Shown: piece by piece, positions 41,489-54,096 of the stretch
How the letters are laid out: each line of letters begins with the position of its first letter
Numbering within the stretch: position 1 is the first letter of the stretch
Source of the DNA: Octopus vulgaris
Taxonomy: Eukaryota
Reading direction: 5' to 3'
Length of the DNA: 64,000 nt
Assembly: GCA_951406725.2 (NCBI GenBank)
Contig: OX597839.1
Location: forward strand, 8,122,001 to 8,186,000
Notes under the pieces: model-generated
Seen by the model: only the letters and a program-made list of their open reading frames with translations
Told to the model about the DNA's origin: nothing
Database searches by the model: none
Translations under genes and position numbers: made by a program

Positions 41489-41720
41489 GTGTGTTTGTGT
41501 GTCTGTGTTTGTCCTCCTAGCATTGCTTGACAACCGATGCTGGTGTGTGTATGTCCCCGTTACTTAGCGGTTCGGCAAAAGAGACCGATGGAATAAGTAC
41601 TGGGCTTACAAAAGAATAAGTCTCGGGGTCGAGTTGCTCGATTAAAGGCGGTGCTCCAGCATGGCCGCAGTCAAATGACTGAAACAAGTAAAAGAGTAAA
41701 AGAGTAAAAGAGTAAAGAGT
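41247..41720 (+). mobile_element. Full SINE family C with duplicated 5' end and (GTAAAAGA)n tail
   Basis: tRNA-like head, GGCACCTTGGGCAAGTG CORE-like segment, internal (TA)n(TG)n. Confidence 0.93.
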
Positions 41721-41860
41721 ATATATAATCGTAAAATATATACTTTTAAATTCCGTTTTTCCTTATAGGAATCGAAAAGTAAATTAAGTACAAGGCTGCA
41801 AAGAGTAGTGCTCACGTAAAACCGAGAGAAAAGACAAACGTAATTCAAAAATAAACAACA

Positions 41861-42050
41861 TACCGTTTTTTAACGTGTATAAAGGAACCCTTTTTCTTCT
41901 AAAATTAGGTTTAAAAAATATGGGATGTTCTTATAGATTGATAGTACTATAATCCCTTACAAAATTTTTTTCCAAATTTTAATCCTCAAATGTTAGGGAG
42001 TTCCTTATACACGAGGTTTGACGAGGTTTCCTTATACACATTAAAATATA
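41861..42050. mobile_element. Decayed pogo/Tc2-type MITE
   Basis: TACCGTTTTTTAACGTGTATAA start; TTATACAC repeats at the right end. Confidence 0.5.
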
Positions 42051-42106
42051 TAATAATGATGGATTGCCAGAACGGGAAACCTCTCTAGTGAAGATATATT
42101 TTTTTT

Positions 42107-42186
42107 GTCCTGATGAAGGGCCACTGCCGATTTGGTGTTTTAATGTGGAATGGATTGCAGCAGTGGCTCATGAAACGGCCGTAGAC
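42107..42186 (+). ncRNA. Type I hammerhead ribozyme with canonical core
   Basis: GUC-CUGAUGA-AGGGCCACUGC...GCAGUGGCUCAU-GAAA-C-GGCC-GUA-GAC; palindromic stem III ACGGCCGU. Confidence 0.8.
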
Positions 42187-42395
42187 TTGGATTTATTCTT
42201 ACATTATTCTGGATTCCTTTTTCTTTTGGACTTGACAATGGATGTTTTCCCCGATTCACTTTACGCTTAATAGTCTAACTATACAATTTTTAATCGCCTC
42301 GCTATATGCTTTCATATTTTCATACTTTCAATATGTGTGTGTGTTTGTATATGTATTTGTGTGTGTGTTTGTGTGTGCGTCTATGTTTGTGTGTT

Positions 42396-42452
<57 letters not shown>

Positions 42453-42479
42453 GTGTATATGTATGTATGTATTCATTAT

Positions 42480-42680
42480 GTTGACCAGTTAATCACTACA
42501 CATTTTTTCTCTCTCCCTTGTTTTTCCTCTCCTTTCTTCCTCTTAATCCTTTCTGTCGAAGAGCGTAGGCTTGAAACGTCAAAGACTTTTCCATTCTTCC
42601 CGAGCGTTAAGCTAATACACCTGCTTGTTGTTCCTTCACCTGTCGTCGTCTTTTTTTTCTGTGAAGTTGAACAATATATA
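42480..42680 (+). mobile_element. Family H copy 4
   Basis: CTTT-CTGTCGA-A-GAGCGTAGGCTT-GAAAC-GTC-AAAG (42549-42584). Confidence 0.78.
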
Positions 42681-42689
42681 GAGATGGCT

Positions 42690-43112
42690 TCCTCACGGGA
42701 AACCCAATGAAGATAAATGAAGTACTGAAAGAACAGTTCCAAAGTGTGTTCGCTACACCTCTGGGATACAGGCAAGTGATCATACCAGCAGAATTCTTTG
42801 CCACTTTACCTGTAACCAAAGAGGCGAAAATTGACTTCATCAACATTAAAGAAGATCTTACACTGGCCATAGATGAAGATGATACAACCTCAGCCACTGG
42901 TCCTGATGGATTTCCAGCGGTCCTTCTCAAATCGTGCAAACGAACCGTGGCAAAACCACTGCAGCTTCTTTTTCAGATTTTTCCTGCAAGTGATAAGCTC
43001 CCAGACAAACTAAAAGCGGGGATAATATGCCCTAACCTTAAGGGAGGAAGCAGAGCAGATGCTAAAAATGATAGGCCTATCTCTCTGACATCACACATCA
43101 GCATAGTCATGT
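42690..43112 (+). pseudogene. CR1/L2-like LINE ORF2 fragment (upstream of and entering the RT domain)
   Basis: EQFQSVF...SATGPDGFPAVLLKSC...PLQLLF...KGGSRADAKNDRPISLTSHISIVM. Confidence 0.85.
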
Positions 43113-43380
43113 ACAGAAACATGTACCTACAGTTAATCAAAGAACGAAGAGAAAATAAAAACGAAGAGAAAAAAAATCAGCCACTTTGTTCTATAATAAA
43201 ATATGATCTGTAACCTGTAATTGTCACAGGCATTCATTGTCAAGCTAGCTCCATCTTCTACGCTGAGAATTGAACGAATGTTAGGAGCAATCGCGGAATA
43301 AACAACTTCAATTCAATGAATCGGTCGTCTATTTGATCGGATAACTGAACTTACTCATCGTGAAAACTGCCGGAGGATCT

Positions 43381-43434
43381 GTGTGTGTGTGTGTGTGTGT
43401 GTATGTGTGTGTGTGTATGTGTGTATGTGTGTGT

Positions 43435-43501
<67 letters not shown>

Positions 43502-43518
43502 TGTGTGTGTATGTGTGT

Positions 43519-43559
<41 letters not shown>

Positions 43560-44529
43560 TGTGTGTGTATGTGTGTGTGTGTATGTGTGTGTGTGTGTGT
43601 GTGTGTATGTGTGTGTGTGTGTGTGTGTTGAAAGAGACATAGACGGAGCTGGGAAAGACTGCGTGTGGAAGACATGCATGTCAGATTCGGGGTTTTTCAA
43701 TTTGCTTACATAACCGAATGAACCGGCTGTCACCTTAGATTTGGTTGTCCATATCACTTTCTAACCACAAAACTACTACAATACACGAGCGCGTATTTGC
43801 CAACATCGTTGCTTCCTGTGACGTCACCTCCGCCCCGCCATCGACAGCAATAATGACAGAAACAACAACACCGTCAGCGCTACCACCGACACCGCCGCCG
43901 CCGCCGCCATTACAGCCGTCATCACCTCCAGGTCTTTGCAACCACCGCTACCTCAACCGCCATCACCAACCTCACCATCAACGCCACCAGCAACAACAAC
44001 ACTATCACCACAGCCACTACCACCACCACTCACGCCAGCACCACCACCAGCACCACCACTACCACCACCATTACCACTACCACCACCACCACCACCACCT
44101 CCATTACCACCACAACCACCAACACTACTACCACCTTCATCACCACCACCACCTCAACCACCACCACCACCACCTCAACCACCGCCACCATCACCCCAAC
44201 CACCACCACCACATCAACCATCACCGCTACCACTGCTACTAGTACTACTACTACGACCATCACCACCAACAGTACTACTACTATTACTACTACTATAACT
44301 AGTAGTGGTAGTAATAGTAGTAGTAGTAATAGTAGTAGTAGTAATAGTAGTAATAGTACTATTTTCTGTACTATCAGCACCACTACCACCATCTCCAATA
44401 CTATTACAATATCTACTGCTACTACTACCGCTACCGCTACTATTACCACTGATACTAACGACACCATCACCATTACAAGAATATCACCACAGCCCACGGC
44501 TGCTACTTTCATCATCATCATCATCATCG

Positions 44530-44573
<44 letters not shown>

Positions 44574-44619
44574 GTCATCAACATCATCATCGTCGTCATC
44601 ACCATCATCATCATCATCG

Positions 44620-44651
<32 letters not shown>

Positions 44652-44742
44652 GTCATCATCGTCATCATCCTCATCATCGTCATCGTCATCATCATTGTCA
44701 TCGTCATCATCGTTATCATCATCATTCCCATCATCACCATTT
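43381..44742. repeat. (TG)n (43381-43628) and CAC/CTA/TAG/CAT trinucleotide complex (43960-44742)
   Basis: Directly visible. Confidence 0.9.
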
Positions 44743-44983
44743 TAAGATCGTTACCATCGTCACTGCTCGCCTCACCAAATCACACATCGCAAAAACAAAA
44801 ACCTGATCTACGTTATTGTTTCTAATTTAGTAATATTCCCAGTTTCTTCTTTTGATTGGTGAAATTGAAGGACACTTTCTTACACATATGCATAAAAATC
44901 TGTGTACCCATGTAGTATATATATATATAAGGGGCTGTATGTAATACGCACACACACACACATATATATACATATATATATAC

Positions 44984-45035
<52 letters not shown>

Positions 45036-45039
45036 ATTA

Positions 45040-45340
45040 TAGATGCAGGAGTGGCTATGTGGTAAGTAGCTTGCTTACCAATTACATGGTTCCGAGTTCA
45101 GTCCCACTGCGTGGCATCTTGGGCAAGTGTCTTCTACTATAGCCTCGTGCCGACTGATGCCTTGTTAGTAGATTTAGTAGATGGAAACTGAAACAAGCCC
45201 GTCGTATACATATATATATATATATATATATGTATGTATATATACATGTATGTATGTATTTGTGTGTCTGTATTGTCCTCCTACCATCACTTGACAACAG
45301 ATGTTGGTGTCTTTGCGTCACCGTAACTTAGCGGTTCGGC
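45040..45340 (+). mobile_element. SINE family C, 3'-truncated
   Basis: Matches 41276-41575. Confidence 0.88.
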
Positions 45341-45620
45341 CTAAATATAAATTTAGATGTCTCTCATTCTGACTGTGTAAGAGAGAGAGGGAGAAAATTT
45401 GTTCCTTTGTCCAGCACATATATTGCTAGAAATAAGTATTAAATCTCCTTATAAGTGCGTAAAAGCACAATTAGTGACGTCTTAATTTCGCCTATACGGT
45501 TTATATTGCGCCAAGCGACACACATTCATTTACGTATGTGTGTGTGTGTGTGTGTATGTGTTTGTACATTTGTATGTATGTATACACATACAAATTTCTG
45601 AGTATGTGCATATGACTCTG

Positions 45621-45680
<60 letters not shown>

Positions 45681-46254
45681 CGTGCGTGCGTGTCTTTTCA
45701 ATATCTGCTAAAGGAGGTAGCAATTGGTTGCAGAAACATCATGATGTCCCGGAAGATTTGCGCAACATAAATAATAGGTATATATACTTGATATGAGCGC
45801 ATTCGAGATCCAATGTTTCGCTTTATATATTTCCCATGCAAAATAGTTTCAATTTCAACCGATTTCATTTTAGGTGTAGAACACAACGTGGCTACATGTT
45901 TCACACCAATTAACAAGTGCTTTGTATGATTCATGTGTGTTTGGTTAACATGTGACACTGCATTTATATCTATATGTCATATGCAGGGCATGTACATGCG
46001 TGTCTGTGTGTTTCTCCCAATATGCAGACATGATTGGATGTATGCGTCTGTTTTTATATTTTATGCTTTTAATAAGCCCAACGACACTGAGTGTAAATGA
46101 AAAGTATGTGACTAAATCATTGAAGCACTAAGTTTAGCTATTAATGAACAAATGTCATAATTAATCAAGTACTTAGTTAATTAATATATCTTCACTTTCA
46201 CTTTCGTTTACAATCTTGCAGTTGGCTTCTGTGTTAAATCTGGACAAATGAACA

Positions 46255-46706
46255 AATTCTCTCTCCCTCTCTTTCTCTCTCACTCTTTTTCCCTCTCTCT
46301 CTTTCTCTTTGACCCTCTTTCTCCCTCTCTCTCTCTTTCTCACTCTTTCTCCCTCTCACCCACTCATTTTTGCTTCTTTTTATTTCCCACCCTTCCTCTT
46401 CTCTTCTCTATTTTCCACTCTCCCATTTTTTGTCTTCACCTTGTAATTCTTGTCACCCATTCTACTTTCCGTTTCTTTCTTTCTTTCTTTCTTTATTTCT
46501 TTATTTATTTATTTATTTATTTCTTCTAACTTTTGTTTCTTTCTTTCTCACTGTCGCAGTTTCTCTCTCTCACTCTTTCTCTCCCCCTCCCCTCTTTCTC
46601 TCTCTTTCGCACCTTCTCTATACTTATTTATCTGTCTCACTCTATTTTCATCCTTCTCTCTCTGATACACAAGTTCACTCTCTCAGCGTATCCTTCTCTC
46701 ACTCTT

Positions 46707-46769
<63 letters not shown>

Positions 46770-47060
46770 CTCGCTTTCCCACATCTTACTATATCATCCT
46801 AACCTTGTATCCCTCTCTCTTTCTCTTTAGATTTTCTATTTCCCTATCTATAAATATCCTTATTCCCCACCCCGTATCTCTCTTTCTCTCGCTCTCTTCT
46901 CCGCCTCTCTCCTACTTTCTTTCTCTCTCTCCCTCTCCCTCTTTCCCTTTCTCTTCCACTTCCTCTCTCTCTTTCGCTATTTCTCATTCTTCCCCCATCC
47001 TCCCTCTTGTTTCTCCGCTCTTCTCTCTCTCCACCATACCCCCCCCCGTCTCTATATTTC
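46255..47060. repeat. Polypyrimidine (CT)-rich low-complexity tract
   Basis: Directly visible. Confidence 0.9.
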
Positions 47061-47461
47061 TCTGAATTTTGACGGCTTCTCTCCCGCTTCTTGTTTTCTC
47101 CCATTCTCTGTCTCACTGCAAACGTTGCAGAGAAATGAAACCTTCGTCTTGCTTACTTGACCATGTGAGCGGAGTGGACATCCTTGTAGAAGGCTGCGCA
47201 ATAGCGGAAGGAGATTGCTTGAGAAATGTGCTGAAACAACGACACTGAATAGATGAATAACAGGCGAATGAGACACGAGGAGAGGGGGCTGGAGGAAAAG
47301 CTGAGAAGAAGGAAAAGGAGAGATGACGAAGAAAGGTTAATTGATGCAGTGGCTAAAGTCCGGCCAGTCAATAAGGTAGGATGATAATTATTAGAATGAT
47401 CTAGATAGACGAGAAGGAAAATTGCGCTATGTGTAGGTATATATGTGTGGGGGTAGGGCAT

Positions 47462-47600
47462 GAGGGCGCATAGCCCAGTGGTTAGTGTGCTGCACTTACG
47501 ATTGCGAGAATGTGATTTCAATATCTAGATCGGGTCGTGAATTGTGTTTTTGATCAAAACACTTCATCTCACGCTATTCTGTGGTCGCTTCGATACCCGA
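47462..47600 (+). mobile_element. Diverged tRNA-SINE head
   Basis: GGCGCATAGCCCAGTGGTTAG...AAAACACTTCATCTCACG. Confidence 0.65.
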
Positions 47601-48030
47601 CTCGTGAAATTATCATGTAGCTGCTGCTCCAAAATGAAAAGCTTCATTAAATGGGAACAACACCAAGAGCCCACCCCCAATTGTAACTGTCGATACTCAG
47701 GAACCTGTCCACTCTACCAGGGATGTATGATTTAATCCGTCACGTAAGGCGTAGAAGTTACAACGTCGCTAAATTTTAACACAATCCATAAGAAGAGCTA
47801 TATTGGACAATGTGAAGGCAAATTCAAAACTCGCTATGCTGATCACATATCTTCTTTACGACACAGGGACAAAAGTAAAGCTACTGAGTTAGCTAGCCAC
47901 ATGGGGGTTTTGAAGTCGAATGCCACACTACATACGATAAAGTGGAAAATAGACAGCAAATCCACACCATTTGTTAACGGATCAAAAAATGTAAACTTTT
48001 TCAGATCAAAGAACACGAACACACTGCTGA
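47600..48030 (+). pseudogene. Penelope RT-linker and GIY-YIG endonuclease remnant
   Basis: VKLSCSCCSKMKSFI...CNCRYSGTCPLYQGC...KSYIGQCEG/FKTRYADHISSLRHRDKSKATELASH...IKWKI with stops and frameshifts. Confidence 0.85.
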
Positions 48031-48088
48031 ATTCCAGTTAAATTAACTTGATGGGTTACTCTATACCTTTGTAGAGTACAAATTTGTA

Positions 48089-48208
48089 ATTCTTAAAGAA
48101 GATTGTTGCTGACAGTGACTTCGAACTTTCGCCTAGTTCAGCCATGTCTTAATGGCTTAATTGGCCGAAACTTCGAAGTTACTGTCTACAACATTTTTTT
48201 AAAGAATA
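48089..48208. repeat. Imperfect ~120-bp hairpin (MITE-like)
   Basis: TGTTGCTGACAGTGACTTCGAACTTTCGCC...GGCCGAAACTTCGAAGTTACTGTCTACAACA. Confidence 0.75.
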
Positions 48209-48222
48209 ATGCATTCATGTGT

Positions 48223-48259
<37 letters not shown>

Positions 48260-48838
48260 TCAAATAATGTAAATTGCCTTAATATTGTTTAATGACTCAC
48301 GTTTTCATATAACTTCAAAGATGGAGTTGCATTTGCGCTGTCCGTTTTGTCCAAATAATTCGATTACATCTGATTTAAGAGGGAGTTTTTATATACTCAT
48401 TACTTGGTCATTCTTAGATTGATCGAACGTTATCAAGTTAGTACATTATATATATTAACCTCTATGGTGCTGTACTTATAATTAGTTTTCCGAACGGTCC
48501 CTTGAGCTCTCATAATACAGAAATATATTCCTTGTATACACCGATCGGTTATACACATCAGAACGATTCCCGATTCGGCATTGTCTTTATTTTGCACAAA
48601 TTTTAATTCGGTGATCTTCGTGGAGTTACATCTCTTCATTCTTCTTGTTTTTCGACTTCAAACTCCCCTAGAGGGACATTTTCTCTGCTAATAACATGAT
48701 TAATCTCAGTTTAGCCAAGTTTTCAACACCCTACGTTACATATGTGAGACCCTATTGTTTACATATATGTACATGAGTGAGTGTGTGTCTGTTTGTGTGT
48801 GTGTGTGTTTGTGTATGTGTATGTACCTATGTGTGTGT

Positions 48839-48880
<42 letters not shown>

Positions 48881-49045
48881 GTTTGTGTGTGTGTGTGTTG
48901 GGGAAGATTCTTTGGGGAGCAACTTCTTTCAAGAAAATTGCCTCAAGTTATTTATCAATAACTTTTGATCGTATATCACGTCCTCAGACAGGTTTTCATA
49001 GATGTATATATATATACATATACATATACACACATACATACTAAC

Positions 49046-49099
<54 letters not shown>

Positions 49100-49558
49100 T
49101 TGTGTGTGCGTACTCGTGTGTGCATGTATATGTGCATTGTATTAAATGTGCATATATGTACGTAGGTATGTAAGGAGTTAACTATGTATATCGTTATATA
49201 CACATACATATATACCGTACATACATACGAACGTACAAGCGGATATATCACATATACATATCTATATATCTGATATACATATAAATGAAATCCTTTGTGT
49301 TGGTATACCACAATCAGTTTAGTATCTTATTTTCATTAATTAGATCAGCACTGGCATATATTGATATCCAATATCAATTTACTGTCTTATACGATATCCC
49401 ATTTAGATACTTTCTCTTTGAAACCTTAAGCAAACTTTCCTCCAGACACCACCAGAAAATTATATAAATCTATATACATATATATATATATGTATATATA
49501 TATATACATATGCATGTATGTACGTATGAATATCTATGTACGTATGTATATATGTATC

Positions 49559-49606
<48 letters not shown>

Positions 49607-49721
49607 ATATACATATCTATGCACATAGATGTACTTATATGTGTGTGTGCGTGTATACATGTGTGTGGATGTGTGGATGTATGTATCAATGTCCGTACGT
49701 TTATATACACACACACACACT

Positions 49722-49772
<51 letters not shown>

Positions 49773-49983
49773 ACATGTATGTATGTATATCTGTATCTAG
49801 AGATACAGATAGATGCACTCTCTCCCTCTCTCTCTCACATACACACACAGAGAGTGGTATAGGTGTGAGGTTAAAAAGCTTGTTTTGCAAGCTCGTGAAT
49901 AAAATATTCTTCTTTTATTCTTGCCTTATATTTTTCATCCCAGAGGTTGTGTCCATGCTTGGGCACCGCCAGGTCATACAAAC

Positions 49984-50044
<61 letters not shown>

Positions 50045-50047
<3 letters not shown>

Positions 50048-50215
50048 GGAATTTACAAAAAAGACAAATGACAAAGACAGGTGTATAATCAATAAACAGG
50101 TGTATTAGTTTAACGCTCGGGAAGGAGAGAAAGTCTTTTACGTTTCAAGCCTACGCTCTTCAACAGAAAGGAACACAAGAAAATAAACATGGAGAGAATA
50201 AAAGAAAATTTTAGT
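50045..50215 (-). mobile_element. Family H copy 5
   Basis: Reverse complement CTTT-CTGTTGA-A-GAGCGTAGGCTT-GAAAC-GTA-AAAG (50135-50170). Confidence 0.78.
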
Positions 50216-50264
50216 GTATAAATATGCATGCATGTATGTATGTATGTATGTATGTATGTATGTA

Positions 50265-51859
50265 CAGTTGCGGCCAAAATGTTCAGAACGGCATTGTTTT
50301 CGCCAGAAAAGTAAGTATAAGCTTTTACCAAAGTTGTTTTATATTCTATAATTTTCAAACACAATAAATACGATATTGATTGTTATTGTCTGAGATTTTG
50401 GTGTAATTTGAGAGGATAATACAAAAGTTATGAATGATTTAGTGATTTACTGCAAAACCCATGGCGGCCAAAATGATCAGAACAGTTGAAAAAATAACAA
50501 AATAATCAAAAATGACAGAGAATACTGGAATTATTTAATATTTAGTGTGAAGACCTTTAGCTTCAATCACACTTTAACATCTTCGACTGCATGAGGAAAT
50601 TAAATTTTCAATTTCTTGCTAGGTGATCTTATTCCATTCTTCCTGAAGGGCATTCCATAATTGCTCAGTTGTTTTAGGATTTCTGGCTTTCAAACGTTCT
50701 CCTAGAATATTCCACACCTTTTAAATAGGATTGAGATCTGGGCTTTGAGCAGGCCAATCCATAACAATAACCTTTTCAGCCTTGAGGAAGTTCATGACCA
50801 CCTAAGCCTTGTGACATGAATATGGGTGGTCGCTTAGTTGAATTTCTCAGCACAGGCAAGACATGATCTTTTACAAGTTGTTTATAAACTCTTGCATTTA
50901 CCTTTCCATGTAATCGCACCAAAGAGCCCACACCATCTCCAGATATCATTATCCAAACCATGACACTTCCTCCACCGAATTTAACACTAGTCTTAAGGCA
51001 TTTAGGCGACAATTTTTCACCTACTTTTCCCATCTGAGCCAAATAACATAAACTTAGATTCATCACTGAAATGCACCGTTTGCCATTTTTCTTGAGACCA
51101 CAACACATGTTCGGTTGCAAAGGTAAGACGACACTTTTTATTTTTGAAGCTGATCAGTGGCTTCACTGCAGGTGATCTTGCTTGTAGGTCATGTTCAACT
51201 AAACGATGAGACACAGTTTTTCGAGATAACGTTTTCTTCAGTACAATGCTCATTTCCCGAGAAACAGCAGCAGCAGTTTTAAATCTGTCCTTTTTAACCA
51301 ACTTTACCAGAGCACGATCTTCTCTCTTGGTCGTTTTTCTTGGCCTACCTGTAGACTTTCTTGCTTCACATGAACCACAATCATCGAAGACCTTAAGAAT
51401 ACCGTGAACAACACTTTTTGACTTGTTAACAATCTTTGCAATAGACCCAATACTTAAATTAACCTTCTTTCGAAGCTTAATAATCTGCTGACGAATTGGT
51501 AACGGAGTAAGTGGCATTATATTAACAAAGTACACTGCAGATATTCTTGCTAATATTTAGTAAACGAACCATCACGTAAACAAATTCAAAATATTAGAGT
51601 TCGCCAGTTAAATATACTAAAACACGGAGTAAAAGCAACCGTTCTGATCATTTTGGCCGCCATGGGTTTTTCAGTAAATCACTAAATCATCCATAACTTT
51701 TGTATTATTCTCTCAAATTACACCAAAATCTCAGACGATAACAAATAATATCGTATTTATTGTGTGTGAAAATTATAGAATATAAAACAACTTTGATAAA
51801 AACTTATACCTACTTTTCTGGCGAAAACAATGCCGTTCTGAACATTTTGGCTGCAACTG
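50265..51859 (-). mobile_element. Full-length Tc1-family DNA transposon (1595 bp), ~224-bp IR/DR TIRs, TA TSD
   Basis: TA|CAGTTGCGGCCAAAATGTTCAGAAC ... GTTCTGAACATTTTGGCTGCAACTG|TA; inner direct repeat GGCCAAAATGATCAGAAC; TIRs 50265-50488 and 51636-51859. Confidence 0.97.
50535..51517 (-). pseudogene. Tc1 transposase, frameshifted with stops
   Basis: GRPRKTT, FSDESKF, VKFGGGSVMVW, WPAQSPDLNPI*, GLHTKY*; frameshift near 51020; QDNA motif missing; catalytic E codon is a stop. Confidence 0.95.
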
Positions 51860-51865
51860 TATGTA

Positions 51866-51907
<42 letters not shown>

Positions 51908-51908
<1 letters not shown>

Positions 51909-52024
51909 CACGTGATCACTGTGACCGACCAGGCTATCAGATGCTGCTACACATCGCTGGTCACAATGCGCTTCGCATTGTTTTAGCCTGCAAATGACGC
52001 CACCCCGCTGGCTAAGCGAGCAGG

Positions 52025-52028
<4 letters not shown>
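51908..52028 (-). mobile_element. SINE family R tail type 1 only (5'-truncated)
   Basis: Reverse complement of 9775-9890. Confidence 0.85.
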
Positions 52029-52101
<73 letters not shown>

Positions 52102-52103
52102 AG

Positions 52104-52420
52104 TTAATAATTGAGAAAAATATCAAAAAACAGCAGCACGAGGTTGTGGTAGACGCAAAGTATTAATAAGACGTTCAGGGAATAAAGAAACGGTGTTTTA
52201 CGTTTCGAGCAAAACCTTTCTTCAGAAACAGGAGACAGGGGAAAATCCAAGAGAAAAGGAATACGGAGGAAAATAATCGCCAACAATCTACATGTAGTTA
52301 CAGCGGATTGTTGGCAAAATGTTTTCCTCTATCTCCCTTTTCTTTTGGACGCTCCGTCCGTGAGCGTCTTGTTAATACTTTGCATGTATCACGTCCTCGC
52401 GTTGTTGGTTTTTCTTGTTG
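52104..52420 (-). mobile_element. Family H-related element with canonical CUGAAGA core and an inverted partial duplication
   Basis: Reverse complement TGTTT-CTGAAGA-AAGGTTTTGCTC-GAAAC-GTA-AAACA (52194-52230); 52362-52415 is an inverted match to 52125-52177. Confidence 0.65.
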
Positions 52421-52439
52421 TCCTTCTTTTTCATGTCTT

Positions 52440-53142
52440 TACAAATTACCCAGTGAATATACAGTGCTGCTCTATCTTGTCTGTTGAAATACTCTGTAGG
52501 CGCAAGAAGACAGTACATGGAGCCAACATGACCGACGGTTTCATTTTTTTTATTTACATACACGACACGTTGGGCTACTGCCGTTCTTTAATGTGTAGGC
52601 CTGGAACCTCCTTGTAGGTTAGGTATTGATCTCGGGATGCTCTGATAAACCCTTCTGTCTCTGATTTTAAGCCAGAAGACACTAACCAATGTTAGGTAAG
52701 GGCTTTGTCAACATCGGCATTATTGGCTCTCTTTGAGTATTTGCCTTGAAGTTTTTCTAGCCGTTAAGAATATCTAAGGCAGCAGTTTTGGCACAGGCTT
52801 TCAAGCGCTTAGCTTTTTCTGTGCTTGTTGCCAGTACGTCTAATTCTGGAATTTGTTGTATTTGGAATTCATTTAGATATTCCTTTGCCTGCTTTGTTAC
52901 TGAGTATGACACTTCCTTGTTTTCATTCTTTAAAACAAGTTTTAACATCCAGTCACCAGAGTTTTTCAGGTAGGGTTTTAAGCCAACTGTGGTAATCTTC
53001 ATTGTTAACTCCAGTTGTAAAAGTCGACGACCACCCTCTTTTCTTGGCAGGTAAAGTCGTTCTATATTTGCCTTAGGGTGGTGCATTCTATGTATTGTCA
53101 GCAATTTTCATATTTTTCTGACAAGATGTCATATTTCAGTAA
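52440..53142 (-). pseudogene. R4/Dong-like non-LTR retrotransposon fragment (post-RT region and zinc knuckle)
   Basis: HHPKANIERLYLPRKEGGRRLL...GLKSETEGFI...ETVGHVGSMYCLLAPTEYFNRQDRAALYIHWVICK. Confidence 0.85.
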
Positions 53143-53154
53143 TTATTATTATTA

Positions 53155-53202
<48 letters not shown>

Positions 53203-53457
53203 TATGTTTGACTTTTGCTTTATATTTGTACAAGCTGGCTCCAAGTCTCACCCAGAGACCTCAAGAGACAATAGGTTGGAAGTTCGTGATGTTGTTATGC
53301 CTAGCGTGCCATATATTTGGTTTTGTATTTAGTGTTGTACTAGTGAATGTCAAAAACAAAAAGAAAAAAAACGAAAATTATAATTGTTTTAAAACTTGAG
53401 ATTACATAGAAAGTATTTTGCGTAGGATATGAGCAGTTCTCACGAGCACTATCTTTT
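53143..53457 (-). mobile_element. R4/Dong-like 3' end: ORF C-terminus, 3' UTR and (TAA)n
   Basis: KIVLVRTAHILRKILSM*, then UTR GAGGTCTCTGGGTGAGACTTGG and (AAT)n at 53143-53202. Confidence 0.8.
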
Positions 53458-53471
53458 ATTATTATTATTAT

Positions 53472-54026
53472 TGAGTGAGAGAGCAGTGCATGCCATCAAA
53501 GTGACACTGGGGTAAAATATACGAAGCCCAATATACCCATCATGACTACCCGTCTGATAAGGGTACACCAGGCACGTGCATCACAACCATATGTGCGCGA
53601 CATGGTGATCTCATATCAAGATAAACAGCACATGACCTTGCAGGTGGGGCCCAGTTAGAATTTTCTTCAGGGTGAGTAGCCCATCCCGCTCAAAAGGTCC
53701 CCGAATAAGGGTTGTTTAAGGATGTTGAAAGAACCACCCATGTTTCCAGAGGTGAATTATTCAAACCCCAAAGAATCCCTCTCAACACATGGCTATGATG
53801 CTCGCCCACTACTTCTGCTCGTGATCAGAGATGCACATATCGTCAGCCACTAAGGGACATGCTCAACTGGTTAAGGTCAAACAACTGACAAGCAAATCTG
53901 TGGTATTGAGCAGAATATTTGCTGTAGCCCATCTTTTATACCAAGACAAAACAATGTACATGATAACACTTCCAATCAGTTAAGATCAGAAGCCATGAGA
54001 GCCACTGCGTGGTACTGCATCAGGGC

Positions 54027-54030
<4 letters not shown>
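53472..54030 (-). mobile_element. Longest family T element (~560 bp) between (ATT)n tracts
   Basis: Six related segments in the window; no ORF; ends CTCTCTCACTC(AAT)n. Confidence 0.9.

Positions 54031-54096
<66 letters not shown>

Noticed and set aside
43350-43380. 24-nt minus-strand micro-exon (CAG|...|GTAAGT)
   Set aside because: The acceptor is preceded by (CA)n rather than a polypyrimidine tract; no other support
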